Source: Marsupella aquatica
Taxonomy: Eukaryota; Plantae; Marchantiophyta
Length of the DNA stretch: 64,000 nt
Assembly (NCBI GenBank): GCA_973895155.1
Contig: OZ316893.1
Location: 12,478,359-12,542,358 of the forward strand
Reading direction: 5' to 3'
Shown in pieces: positions 47,896-60,182 of the stretch (positions are counted from its first letter, which is position 1; every line of letters begins with the position of its first letter). The notes beneath the pieces are model-generated. The model saw nothing but the letters and a program-made list of their open reading frames with translations, was not told the DNA's origin and searched no databases. The position numbers and the translations under genes are program-made.

Positions 47896-48893
47896 GAGAT
47901 ATATCCTTGATGGCCCCTGGTGAACCTTTCTTACCTAATGGGCCCTTAGTTAATTTTTTCTACCAAGTAGGACCCCTCTTAATGACCAGTACACTTGTTC
48001 TTGTGTGGTGCTTACATTTGTCCCTGTGTGGTGCCTACTATGTATGGTAACTCCAAGCAAACTGCACAGTTGAACCGTGCGGTCAACCTTGCATGGTCGA
48101 TCGAGAAACCATGGAGATGATTCAAGAGAAACCGTGAAAAGCGACTGCCACTGTCGAAACTGCGATTTGAAGACAATATGCATTATGTCTTCGGATTCAC
48201 TGGGTTAATGCCCGAAAACACAATGAATTATGTCTTTGGGTTCAAATTTTTACCGTATCATGGGATAGTTATTAGGTATGTTTTTCACGTTGTGCACATA
48301 GGTTTTTCACGATGTTTTCATGCACGACTATCAGCGTCAGTGTGGGGTACCTCCAAATGTCCACAAAAAATTCAAGTTCAATGTTCGGAATTTGCCTACT
48401 GCCACCACAACAAAAATTGGCAAATGATTGACAAATGCGCTCAAAAAATGGTAATACTCCCCTGTGCAATGCATACAAACAATTTCAAAAGAAAACAGAC
48501 CCAAAGGTGTCGAGGTACACCCTAAACCTTGAAACACGGGAAGACATAATCCATTGAGTCTTCAGGCATTAACCCATTGAATCCGAAGACATAATGCATA
48601 TTGTCTTCAAATCATAGTTTTGATAGTGGCAGTCGCTTTTTGCAGTTTCTCCTGAATCATCTCCGTGGTTTCTCAGTCGACCATGCAAGGTTGACCGCAC
48701 GATTCAAGTGTGCAATTTGCTTGGAGTCACCATACATAGTAGGCACCACACAAGGACAGGTGTAGACACCACATAAGAACAGGTGTACTAATCATTAAGA
48801 GGGGTCCTACTTGATAAAAAAAGTTACCAAAAAGTTACCTAGGGGTCCATTAGGTAAAAAAGTTCATGAGGGTGCCCATCAAGCATATATCTC
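47896..48893. mobile_element. Long-TIR foldback (Mutator-like) element upstream of UGT copy A
   Basis: ~345-bp arms 47896-~48237 and ~48541-48893 (gagatatatccttgatgg... / ...ccatcaagcatatatctc). Flanks aagctatga / aagctcata resemble a degenerate 9-bp TSD. Absent from the paralogous region of copy B. Confidence 0.87.
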
Positions 48894-51476
48894 AAGCTCA
48901 TACTCTTCAAAATAGTGGAAAGCTTCTTGTTAGAATGTTAGTTGAACATAAAATTATGGTGGCCTGAAAATGGTGGAGAATTTATTTTCTGGCAGTGCTG
49001 TCAGAAACTCATGTTCTGGACTCTGGAGATATTAGCTGAGCGTAGTGTGACCACGTTTCCGGGTTGTCTGACGATTTATGTAAGAGTCTATGAACACTAT
49101 CGATGAATGCTATTAGTTCAGTGCTTACCGCATAGCTCTGGTCATCGTCTGGTCTGACGATGATGAAAATTGAAATTAATCCTCCTGTAGATGTGTTAGT
49201 CGCCAATTTCGTCCAGATAAAGATCTCCCAGATGTCTTCCATAGACAGACATCACTCAAATACTCAGCCATTCGAGTGATGGCTCCTCGGGAAGTCATCA
49301 TCGGAACGCCAGCAGCCCGCCGTCAATGAAATGATTCAATTCGATTTACATTTTACAACCTCCCCTCCTCGTGACATTGCTTGCTGAATCCTAATCCATC
49401 ATCGTTGTCTATGATCATCTAAAGCACTTAGTCGACTCGCTCTACTGTAGTGGGCTTCCTACGTTAATCATTTAGTTCATTTCAATGCTTGTCACGAGCA
49501 GCACACAATCGCCACCCTTGCTCATATTTTGACCATGAAGCCATCCACGTTAAGCCATCCCGTGATTCGTGAATTCTTATTGCCAAAAATGGTCGAGAGT
49601 TTTTTTTTTGGGGGGGGCGGCAACTTAGCGAAAGTAGTTTTCTAGCTTTATTACAAGTATACTAGGATGGTGATGCACATCTTTGACGGGGGATTGTTCT
49701 CCAAGGATGCACTGAATCACTGATGGGTACAAAGAGAAAACTAGCATATGCACTAAATATAACGTAGAGAATTAAAATTCTATGAATGCATTAATTAAGT
49801 ATAAAGCTGTGAAGTGATTTAGAGCCTATCCAGATCCAGATCTTGACTGTGTACTTTCTCCAAGAATGCACAGCAAAGGAGCAAATTCATTAAGGGCATT
49901 AAATATAAAGTAAAGTTCTTTTGAGTGCACTATGTGCTGTAATGCCCCCAAAACCAAGAGTTTTAGGTTGACTTTTGAGGAGCTTTTATTGCCCATAATG
50001 TTCCCACTCAGGTAAACAGGCCTTATTTCACCTAACGACTCAGAGGTTTTACTTTTTCTAACTTTTTCTAAATATAGATGAGAATCTTCTTGAAAAGGTG
50101 ATCCAGATCCTGACCAGGCATAATGCTCCCATAATGACCTTACTATCTACCACCACTATATTATCTTGCCAAACGCGTGGGATGGGAAGAACTGAGAAAA
50201 GGACTAAACCAATCCTCAGTTCTGTACAAACCATTATTTTTTTGATATCTTCAGATCTATCAGTATATTCCATTTAAAATAAATGCTTACCTAAGTTACC
50301 TTTAGGCTGCCCTCGTATTAAAATTTACTTATACTTGAATTGTTTAAATTGCAATTAAAATTTGGAAAAAAAATGAAGCAAAAGCCCGGATAGATTGCTA
50401 GGTTGTCCCTATCTATCCCCATGGACTCTGATAGGGGACGGACCATCTTACACCTAATTATGAGATAGCCCAACTATAAATGGATGATAAACACTCTCAT
50501 TAATTGTTTACTTACATTTCTGTCTCTCTAAGGACAATATGTACTCATCTCAAAGTCAAATTGAGAATGTCAATGAAATGGAATGAAAACACACATTTAA
50601 AATCTTTCTCATCTCTGCCGCAGCAAAGTACTCAAAGCGCTCCTTGTAACAAGTGCAGCACTCTCTAAACAATAGGATTCATTAACAATACTCCCCCAAA
50701 AAATCTCAAGTAGCACTATAGCAATAAATTAGTCAAAACGTTATTTACAACAAGAACAATGGTCTGTCAAAAATAGTATTCAACAACTGCTTAGGCAAAT
50801 TAAAATTTCCTTTAGCTCCACAATGAAAAACTTTCTTCAATCCCGGTAACAAGAGCAATGTTATATAAAATACAAGATTATGTAAAAACATTTCTGAAAT
50901 TAGTATAGTCATTCTGCAAAGTGTCAATGCCCTAGAATCTTTAAAGAATGTGTAGAAAAATACGGATCCATTGTAAAAATTGATTTATTTGGGCATTAGA
51001 TTTGCCCCATAGCCTCCTTGGTGAGAATTGTTTCTTTGGTTAATGAGTCACTGTGTTACTTGCTTCCCTTTTAACTAGGCTTATAAACATTAAAAAATGT
51101 TTTTGAGTAAATTAAGTTCATTTGGTATTTGATCATTGAGCAAATTACTTGAGGCAATATGAGTACTCAAAGTTTCATAAACCATAGAGGCCAAATCAAG
51201 TATTTATATAACTAAGGACCTAAATATACTTTATATATTTATTGAACTCTATTAGGGGAATGGAGCGAAGCCTTCAATTAAGTGCTCTGGCCTTTGACAA
51301 AATATCTTTAAGACATGAGTGAGGACAGAGTTAGTGACAGGGAAAATCTTTGGACATAAGTGATGCCTTGGTCATTGACAGTGCTTTGTATGGACAAAAA
51401 AGTAAACACTAGTATCTCTGCATATTTAAATGTTTTAGCCCAGTCCATCCAAGTGTCATTTATCCATGGAGGCTTA

Positions 51477-52420
51477 TGTCACCTGCTTATTAAACGATTA
51501 ACACAACAAATATTGCTTGGTTTCTACTAAGAATTATTTTTATCGTATGATGGGGACGTGGAGGAACGCTATATAGATTAATTTCCTACTAAGGATGAGT
51601 AGATTCATTTCCGCTCGGAAATATATTTTTTGATCAAGTCTACCGACTATACTTGTACTCCGCTTTGATCAAGTCCTGTGGACTATCTTGTTTCTACTTC
51701 TCCTGGCCTTTGGCAAAGTACTGTCACCACTCTCCCACTCACAGTGTCGACCAAACCATGTAAATTTCTCTAAACATTTATGCTAGGGGAAAAACACAAT
51801 TGTGCAACAAAGAGAGAGAACACCACATAAGAATTTATGAGAATCCAATCGAATCTATATCTTTTGGTGGCCAACATAACACATTGCATGGGCAACTTGA
51901 CCTCTTGCCGTCTGCCCAACTCTTGTCTCATGGGACAATGAGCGTCTCTCCACCTCACTACTCCGGATCAATTCCCTACTCTTCTTGAAGGCTAATCCTC
52001 AAAACAACAACACTAGACTGAGTTCCCCTGCTCCTACCAGGGGTTGTTGGTTAAATACCAAGAAAACAATGAGTGAGCACACAAGCCCTAGGGGGTGTGG
52101 CGGCGGCCACTGCCCTGGCTGGCCGCCATCCACTGGCGGCACCTCTAACCTAAAAGTTTTCTACACATTTCTACACATTACACCCTAAACCCTAAACCCC
52201 CCACTCCTAACCCTATTGCTGCCTATAGGCAGCCAAAGGTGCCTTCGTCGGCTACCACAACAACTAAGTCAAAACTAGACTAAGTCCTACATAGGTCATG
52301 GTCTGCCTTCCTACTACGTGGCTGCCTCCGTCTCCCACTACCTTGGCTATGATAATTGTCGAAAGCAGAAGTTGCTCGAAATCAAGTCCTGAGAAATTCT
52401 CTAGATAGCCCCTGGATGGA
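51477..52420. mobile_element. Truncated LTR fragment related to the 30451-32457 solo LTR, in opposite orientation
   Basis: tgtcacctgcttattaaacgatt, ttatcgtatga, ttttgatcaagtctaccgacta, acacaattgtg and cattgcatgggcaac are reverse-complement matches to ~31600-32457. Confidence 0.8.
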
Positions 52421-52555
52421 GGCAGCCACGTAGCAGGAGTACAGGGCTGAGTGGTAGCTTACTTGAGTAGGAACTCATAGGTCTTGGGTTCAAATAATGT
52501 AATTGACTTTTGTTACCCTCCTTCCGTGGGGTTCCACAATTAATAAATATATATA

Positions 52556-52780
52556 TGAGCCCTATGCTCGTGTCTTGCATGGGGCAAGGAGGGCCGGGGC
52601 ATATATAGGGCAGCGCTGAGGAGCACATGTGCGCCAGGGGTGCGCATTTCTTCCATCAATGGTTAGGGAAAACAGTCAAATGAATCCAACGGCTGTGGAT
52701 CTTTCCTGCCCAGGAGCTGTTTGGTATTGGGACAAAGGACAGAAAACGGCATGATCTTTTATTATAGTTATAGTTGTAGA
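52556..52780 (-). mobile_element. Mini-Helitron copy
   Basis: Shares the terminal ~150 bp with 34826-34974. Minus-strand start TCTACAACTATA. Left end agccctatgctcgtgtcttgca resembles a degenerate Helitron 3' hairpin. Confidence 0.55.
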
Positions 52781-53331
52781 TATCTTTAACAATAAATAAA
52801 AATAAATAAAAATGATGATCTACAGTAGGTAGAAAGGAAAGGGACATTCATACATACCCACAAGCATGAAAAGACAAACATCCATTGTAGGCTCACATAA
52901 TGTGATTAAACAATGAGACATTGAATTAGGCTCTCAGGCCCTCATCCAGAATCCAACAAGAGTGAGAATTGTTCTCATGATCATCCTTACAACAACGAAC
53001 ACAACAAGGCAAGGGCTCAGTTCAAAACAGCAACGAGCTCTTGGGCCCGGAAAAGGACAGAGTGAGACGTGGGAAACACTAAACTAATTTCCTCTCCGGT
53101 ACAACCTTACACCAAAGACTGTAAAAACCTCAACTCTAATATGCGTCCAAACGATCAGCCGACAAGTAGGGCAAAGAAACAGAGGATCCGTTCACAGAAT
53201 CCCTTGGTCATTATAAATTGAAATTATGGGTACCCTGTTCAAGTTAGAATCGAATCTGCAAGAATAATCTGCAAGACCATTCGAAAGTCGAAACAGAGGA
53301 CCTGTTCCCAGATTCCCAGAATAATTAGTCG

Positions 53332-54762
53332 TTACAAAGTATGAGTACCCGTTAAAGGTGGAATCGATTCTACAAGATCATTCAGAGCTTTGTTGCTGCT
53401 TCCTCCATTTGCCACAGCTGCTTCTGCCTTCTTCTTCAGCTCCTGAACTCTCGTCCTCAACGCGTTTCCTTCGTCCGACAAGAGGAGCCGCACTGCCTCC
53501 TCGAGTCCTCCATGTCTCCCGGGACTATTGGGAGTCCTACTTCTCACTTCAATTGCAATTTTCAGCACATCCACCAGGTACCTGCAGTTTAGAAACTGAT
53601 CATTATGGAGCCGAGGCCAACATCCCATTGGAACGCCCGAACTTATGCTTTCGATGATGGAGTTCCAGCCGCAGTGCGTCACAAAGCCTCCGATAGCAGG
53701 ATGTTGCAGCACTTTTAGCTGCGGCACCCATCCTCTCACCACCAATCCCCTTTCTCTCGTTCGTGCTTCAAATTCTTGGGGAATCACATTTACAACGCCT
53801 CCAGATGCCACCCACAGAAAACTTTGCTCGCTAGCCTCCAGCTCTTGAGCTATCTCCTCGACCTGATGGGGAGATAAACTAGCCACAGTGCCGATGCAGA
53901 TATAAACCACTGATCGAGGTGGCCATCTATCGAGCCATTGCAAAGGAACAATTCCTTGTTGGTTCACTGCTAGAGACCGATCCCTGAAGTTGGTAGCGGT
54001 CGAAAGGGGCCCGACTAAAAACAATTTCGGGATCTTGCCTGGAGAAACGTCTTTCCAAGCCAGCTGCAGTGCGTCCATCGGAGGAGCTTCCAATTCGTAA
54101 AAGGTGTTCACAATCACAGCATCAGCTTTGTTTGTATCACGCCCTACCTCAAGATAGTCTAAATGCACATACGGAGGCGGAAAATTGAGCATATCTCGAT
54201 TCTCTAATGGTGGAAGACCAGGTATTTTCAAGTAGCCCTCAAATTCTCCTATATATGGAGCTCCATCTGGCCCGTACTTGATGATCAAAGACCCGTCAGC
54301 AAACAGCGAAGGTAACGCTTGCAGTTGCCTCACATGTGTCCCTCCACAGCTGTGAAACTGATAATAAGGTATGCTCAACTCCTTCGCTGCATCTGTGACC
54401 CACGTGAAGAACCGATCGGCGATGATGCAGGTAGGTCCAGAAATTCCTCCGTTCCGATCCGCCAGCAGCTTCTCAAGGACGGGCTGGAAGCGGCTTCTTG
54501 AAGTTATCAGTTCGTTGCCAGTGTCGACCCGAACTTCTCCAGTTCGGGGGATATCTTCAAATCCAAAATCCTGGTAGGAAATTAGATTGAAGTCAAGTCC
54601 ATGTAATTCATCGAAAGTCCGGGCGAGTACGATGAACTTTTCGGAACTCAGTAGTGTGACAGTGACACCTCTCTTCGCAATTTGGAGTGCAAACCTGTAG
54701 CTCCCGAACAAGTGGGCCTGCGCGAGCAGTGGTAAAACCAACGCATGCTTTTTGCACTTCAT
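53332..54762 (-). CDS. UDP-glycosyltransferase (GT1 family), 476 aa, intronless; copy B (tandem paralog of copy A)
   Basis: Start placed at MKCKKHAL (54762) by alignment with copy A; same 1431-nt length. PSPG box WVPQLKVLQHPAIGGFVTHCGWNSIIESISSGVPMGCWPRLHNDQ. Confidence 0.95.
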   Translation of the reverse strand: MKCKKHALVLPLLAQAHLFGSYRFALQIAKRGVTVTLLSSEKFIVLARTFDELHGLDFNLISYQDFGFEDIPRTGEVRVDTGNELITSRSRFQPVLEKLLADRNGGISGPTCIIADRFFTWVTDAAKELSIPYYQFHSCGGTHVRQLQALPSLFADGSLIIKYGPDGAPYIGEFEGYLKIPGLPPLENRDMLNFPPPYVHLDYLEVGRDTNKADAVIVNTFYELEAPPMDALQLAWKDVSPGKIPKLFLVGPLSTATNFRDRSLAVNQQGIVPLQWLDRWPPRSVVYICIGTVASLSPHQVEEIAQELEASEQSFLWVASGGVVNVIPQEFEARTRERGLVVRGWVPQLKVLQHPAIGGFVTHCGWNSIIESISSGVPMGCWPRLHNDQFLNCRYLVDVLKIAIEVRSRTPNSPGRHGGLEEAVRLLLSDEGNALRTRVQELKKKAEAAVANGGSSNKALNDLVESIPPLTGTHTL

Positions 54763-55954
54763 TTTCGGGACAGAATTCGCCTCTTCAGCTGCTAGCGAAC
54801 CTCCCTTGACAGTTCCCGTTCGATTTGCTGCCCTGTGCATACACAAAACAACGATCGCACACTTTCGATCAAACGATCAATGCATTGCTTTCTTGGCCAT
54901 AGAATTCAGGACGGTTTTGAAACCATGAATCACACTTCCGCGTTTTTGGCTTGCTGGGTGTACTCCCGTGGTCACGTTCTCCCTGTGTTGCAATTATTTG
55001 GCGGATAGATCCTTTTTGGGATGTTTCTGATTGCCTTGAATCCAAAAAGCCCAGCATACAACAGGGGTGGCCCACAAAAGGGGGTACACATGGCAAACAC
55101 AAAATGGGGTCAGCACCGGTGGGGGTCCAAAGGTTGGGGAGCCAAAGGGACCTGAAAGGCTGGCACCACGAGAGAAGCAGGCCCATCACCAAGGGGAAAC
55201 AAGAGATTTAACTAATGCAGAAGAGTGGCACAACTCTGGAGACCGGCCAGTCGAGAGGTACCGGCTGGGCATCCAACAATGGATGATAACAAGAATCCGT
55301 GATAAAGCAAAACAATATCAGTATTGGGATGTTGCATGTGTTTAATCCCCACTATATAATTCCTACAAGTACTGTAGATTACCGTACGAGCCCCGTCCAA
55401 TCCATTCGTTCGCCTTGGAGACAGACCGATGAGCACTTTTTACATAGAGTAAACGTGGATTCCTTCTTCCTACGCTCTGAGATTCGCTGTGTATGCAGCA
55501 ACCAATGCAGAAAGAAGAATCTGTGGGAAAGTGATAGTGGTAATGTGATATGTAAGTAAGGTCAGCTCGAAATGCACAGAAGTTTTTCGTATGTGATTGC
55601 AAATTGGGTCGGCTGTGCAAATCATGTAGGGAGTATAGTGCCGAAGCACATTTGCCCTCTTCAAAGGAGTGCCCTGCTGGTAGTCACACATCAAAATGTG
55701 ATAGTATACAATGTGCACTCATTTATTTAAAGTAAATAATGAGGTTTATCATGCTATGGAGGGATGTCGTCCACCCTATATGTGTCCACCCTATATGTCA
55801 TATTTTGATGTGCAATTACCGGGACCCCAAAGTAATGATGCTTGAAAACAGAGGGAGGCTTCTTGTTGACTAACCTTATGATGGCCTGAAAATAGTCAAG
55901 AACATATAGTCTGAGGGTACTGCCAAAACCAACATTATGAACTGTAGATATTAG

Positions 55955-56399
55955 GGTGTCTCAAAGCAGGGCCATAAAGAATAGTTACAGGACATCAATT
56001 GTGCCCATAAAACACCTTATGACTAGATTTTTGGGACCATTGGTTGCACGGGGGATATGCATTTACCCGTGCCATAGGGGATGAGTTATGGGTACTCCCT
56101 CTTAGAGTAAGTTCTTTTGGCCTGTCCCGGTTGGACAAAAACAAACCTCTTACCTCAACAAGCAGTCACGATAGCACTCTAATAATACACAATGACTGGC
56201 ATGTTGTTTCTGTCTCTGGATACGCGATGTTGTGATGATACACATCAAAGTCTCAGAGTTAAAGTTACGGGTTTTGGTCAGCAGCCGTGGCACTTCCTTA
56301 GGGAAGCCTATTTTGGCCTTCCCCAAATTTTATGGCCATTCCCATAACACAGTCCTTACAGCAACTCTTAACTTGTTACGGCTGTGCTTTGAGATGCCC
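55955..56399. mobile_element. Tourist-like MITE upstream of UGT copy B
   Basis: tag|ggtgtctcaaagca ... tgctttgagatgccc|tag. The paralogous copy-A site (gatattagctgagc, ~49026-49040) is empty. Confidence 0.75.
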
Positions 56400-56520
56400 T
56401 AGTAGTTCATCGTGTACTGTGCTCACATTTCCGGGAACTTATTGTTTGACTGTCAAAACCTTATGAACCAGATTTGCACCTCATAAACCACATTTCCGGG
56501 AACTTAGGGACTTACAAAAA

Positions 56521-56690
56521 TCTGGGCTTGGCTTCATAACATAAACTTGGGGGTACAATCACCAAAACCGCATAACCTAGGCATCTATCATTGGGTCCCA
56601 TGTGGGTCTCTGGGCTTCATCACATAAACTTGGGGGTAAATAAACTAACCCATGTAACCTAGCATTTATCATTGGGTCCCATGCGGTTCT
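56521..56690. repeat. Two ~85-bp direct repeats
   Basis: gcttcat(a/c)acataaacttgggggta...aacctag...tatcattgggtcccatg x2. Confidence 0.75.
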
Positions 56691-56937
56691 CTTGTTTTGC
56701 TGATGTGTACATTATTTTTGGACAAAATCTTAGAGCTCCTCTTCAGATATATTCTCTTTTCAATTTAAATTTTTTAATAGACCTTCAGATGCTCCATTAA
56801 AATGAAGCAAGCTCTTGCTTCTTTTCAATGAATTGCATTTATTTCTCTAGATTTGACAGTATTTGGCTTATATGGAACTGGTGGTTGTCAGCTTTACTTT
56901 GGATGGAGGGATGTTTGAATGGGATGTTGGATGTTTG

Positions 56938-56963
56938 AACCCTAAACCCTAAACCCTAAACCC
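56938..56963. repeat. Short interstitial plant telomeric repeat (CCCTAAA)3
   Basis: aaccctaaaccctaaaccctaaaccc. Confidence 0.7.
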
Positions 56964-57049
56964 CCCCAATCTTGTAAAGCCCCCCCCCCCCCTTCTTGGC
57001 TAACAGTACTGTCAAAACTTTTACGAACTCTACTGTAATTATGTTTGAA

Positions 57050-57416
57050 CGAGCGCCATGCCTGTGCGTTGCAGAATTGCACAATTGGTGAGTGAGAAAG
57101 CGAGGGCCTGGCAGGAGTCGTGGGGACTGGTCAGGTTGCGTACCAGTTCCACTCCTGGGCACTGGGCAGCATGGGGTACATCAATTACGAGGGAGGGAGT
57201 CATGGGCAGTCGGGCATACCCCTGCCTCAGGGCCCGACGTGAGGAAGGAGTACTCCTGCCTTGCCCCCTTTTCACATTCGAGGGTCCCCTTTTGCATTCA
57301 ACGGTTAGGGAAAAAGTGCAAAAGAATCCAATGGCTGCTGATCATTCCCACTCAGAACTGTTTTTGTAAGCGGACAACAGACAAAATTTGGCGGGATTGG
57401 GTATTATAGTTGTAGA
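57050..57416 (-). mobile_element. Mini-Helitron copy
   Basis: Right end attatagttgtaga|t (TCTACAACTATAAT on the minus strand). Left end a|cgagcgccatgcctgtgcgttgca resembles the 3' end at 29956 (a|ccagctccatgcccgtgcattgca). Confidence 0.6.
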
Positions 57417-58127
57417 TTTCAATTGCCGGCAACAACCAGCACATTATTGTCACCCTGAATACCTCTGCAGTGACGCTGACGTTTAGCCACATAGTGATTC
57501 ATGAATTATTATGTCAATAATACTAATAATGCCTGAGAGATTTTAATCTAACTTTATTAAAGTAATGGAGAATCTTCCTAAAAAGTTGATCCAGAAATTG
57601 AGGGGCGTTTTGAAGCTAAAGTAGAGGAGAATATTTTTCCTAAGCTAAGGACAAAATGCTCTTTATATCCAATGGCTGAGATTGATTCCTGCCCAAATTT
57701 GCTTTTGTAAGTGGGCAAGGCCCAGAAATGGGAGAGATTGAGTATTAATATAGTACTTGATGCTATTGCAGTTGACATAGAGCCCAGAAAATGAGGGCTT
57801 GGGCTCAAGTTTTGAAAAGCTATTGATGTTCATGATGTTTTAGTAACAGACAATTAGAGGCCTAAGAGAATTCTCATTTGGATTGGGGCATGAGAATTCT
57901 CATGAGAAATTTAGTCATGCCCCGATCCAAATGTCTACTATGCATTCTTCTCTACAAAGCACCCAAAATTTCAAAGAAAAATAAATCCCTAAGGGCATTT
58001 TTTAAAATAAAAATAAAAATTAGGGGAAATCTGTGAAACCCCACAGAAAGGGAAGAGTCAGCCACAATAGTCAAGAAGTGTCAACCACAACAGTTGAAAC
58101 CAAGACCTATTAGCATTATGGTCAGTA

Positions 58128-58625
58128 TGTTAACTAAGGTTGCTCTAACCCTAGTTGAAAAGATTTCTCGGACTGATCTCGCCAAGTTCTAAATGGTGTG
58201 AACACATACAAAAAAAGAGTTTTCAAGAGAGAACACACAACATATAGCAAGAGATGAGAGCTTGAAGAGGAAGAGCTATGGTGATGCTTAAGTAGACACA
58301 TAATCGTTAATTAAGCTTTGTTTTCCCGTGGACATAGCCAACCTTGAAGCGAACCATGTAACAAATGAGTAAGTGTAGGGCTTGAGTATTTTCCTGATCA
58401 GAATTCTCCCCACACATCCAACAGAGTAGTGATTGACCCAAAACCCAGTCAATAAAGTAATCCAAGATATTAAGGGGAACCCATTGACTTAATGCCCTTA
58501 GTGATTTGCCCAGAGAGGCATGACTTTGTGATAGCTCACTTGAGTAAGTTCCTCTGCGGGAAGTTGAAGACATTAGGGCCAAAAGGCCCTCCCCCCTAAC
58601 GAAAGGGTTAACTAGAACTAGGCAT
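58128..58625. mobile_element. Degenerate copia-like LTR/3'-UTR remnant
   Basis: Begins tgttaac. Contains a PPT-like ccctcccccct followed by aagggttaactagaacta, identical to a motif in the 3' UTR of the copia element at ~35722. No TSD found. Confidence 0.35.
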
Positions 58626-60182
58626 CAATACACAATAACTGGTCAAAGAATCAAGATGGTTCTCAGAGTCAAGAAAATCCTCGCACAAATCAGACAAATC
58701 TGAACAAACACCAAGTGAAATGGAGTTCAACTTCCATACTAGCCACGTCGTGCCCGCTTAGTTAACTCAATAACCCTATTTGTGACTGAATTAACTCAAA
58801 CCATCTTGTCGAAGCCATAATTAACTCAAACCATCTTGTCGAAGCCGTAGCTTGCGCTTCAGTCACAAATGCAAACTAATCTTTCAACATTCAAACATCC
58901 AACTCGTGTTCCTCACCAAAAAATGATTCTCCAATCCTTGACCTTCAAGCATTAGGGCACTTCAAGAGAAAAGAGCAAGCTCTTCCTACAGTTGGCCCTC
59001 CATCCTATAGGCCCCTCCTAAGGGTGGTCATTTTTCTCTTCCTACATTCTCTAAGTATTTCCCCCAAAATTCTCCACTCCAGCACACAGCTACCACGACC
59101 ACTAAAAAACAAGGGAATCCTTCTATAGGATTGTCAAAACTATGTATATTTTAAAAGTTATTTTTATTGTCACTCCCAGGAGTGCCCACCCAGGAGTGCC
59201 CACCCAGGAGACATGATCCTAGACTGAGATAGAAGACCCAGTCAAGGGGAAGCAAACAAAGAGCTAAAAAGCCCAATTGAAAGGACCCAAGAAGGGCCTG
59301 GTAGAGCTCCGGTCATAGGGATCCTGCCACCTCACCCCACAAAGAATAATGCCTCTGAAATGTGTCTACTAAGAACAGTGAACAGCCCCCTGAAATGTGA
59401 CACACACACAATATGTGTGTTTTGACAATCTTTTATATGCACAATGACAACATTGCGTTGCAACACCACACAACCACAACTCACGGGCGGGGCTAGTTTG
59501 GAAATAATCCGAGACACCATTGCTCCACTACTAAATGTTACCGGCCAATCAGTAGGATGGTTTGGATTTGTGGCAATCCTCTATACTAATTTGTTGACAG
59601 AATTTCAGAAAGCCCACTTATTCGCGGTCTACGTGGTTGGTGTGTATTAGGGATTTCCAGTCGGAGAGCTACCCTTCGAGCAATCTTCGTACCATGGATC
59701 CCCGCTCGAGATCTGAGAAATCCAGAAAGGTACTACGGTTTTGCTTACTCTCATCAGATGATGTATGGAAAGTTTCTTGTAATCAATAAGAGGGAATTCC
59801 TGCCCACATTCAGTGGAAAATTGAATTCTCAGCAGGGTTTAAGCTGTCTCTCCAGAGGTTTAATGTCTTCAGAGGCTTAAGGAAAATGAGATGGGATTTT
59901 GAAGTAGGTCATGATTTGATCTCGTACCAAATATCCAGTGTGGTGTGAAAGGTCGTCAGCTTGTCTTGTAGTCACGGAATCAGCTGAGATTTGACTTTAT
60001 CTGGAGAGATTGCATCTCTTTCTAAACCTTTCGTTTTCGAAGGACTCGATTCTCTTTTGCGTTGCGTTGCATCTCACTGCGAGAGGTTTTCCTCGGCCTC
60101 AGAAGTGGTTATTTTGACCGATTTTTTTGTTTGTGTCTGTGTCGGCTCCGCTGACTCTTCTCACATGACAAATCGATTAGAA

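Noticed and set aside
52445-52500. tRNA gene or SINE (B-box-like ggttcaaat; similar at ~58077-58130)
   Set aside because: No cloverleaf could be drawn, and no tail or TSD was found.
54763-54846. 28-aa N-terminal extension of UGT copy B given by the ORF track
   Set aside because: Not conserved as an ATG-initiated frame in copy A; it looks like 5' UTR or an intron end.
56938-56963. Chromosome end or fusion scar
   Set aside because: Only three telomeric units; similar short runs occur inside the LTR sequences (~31736, ~52182).
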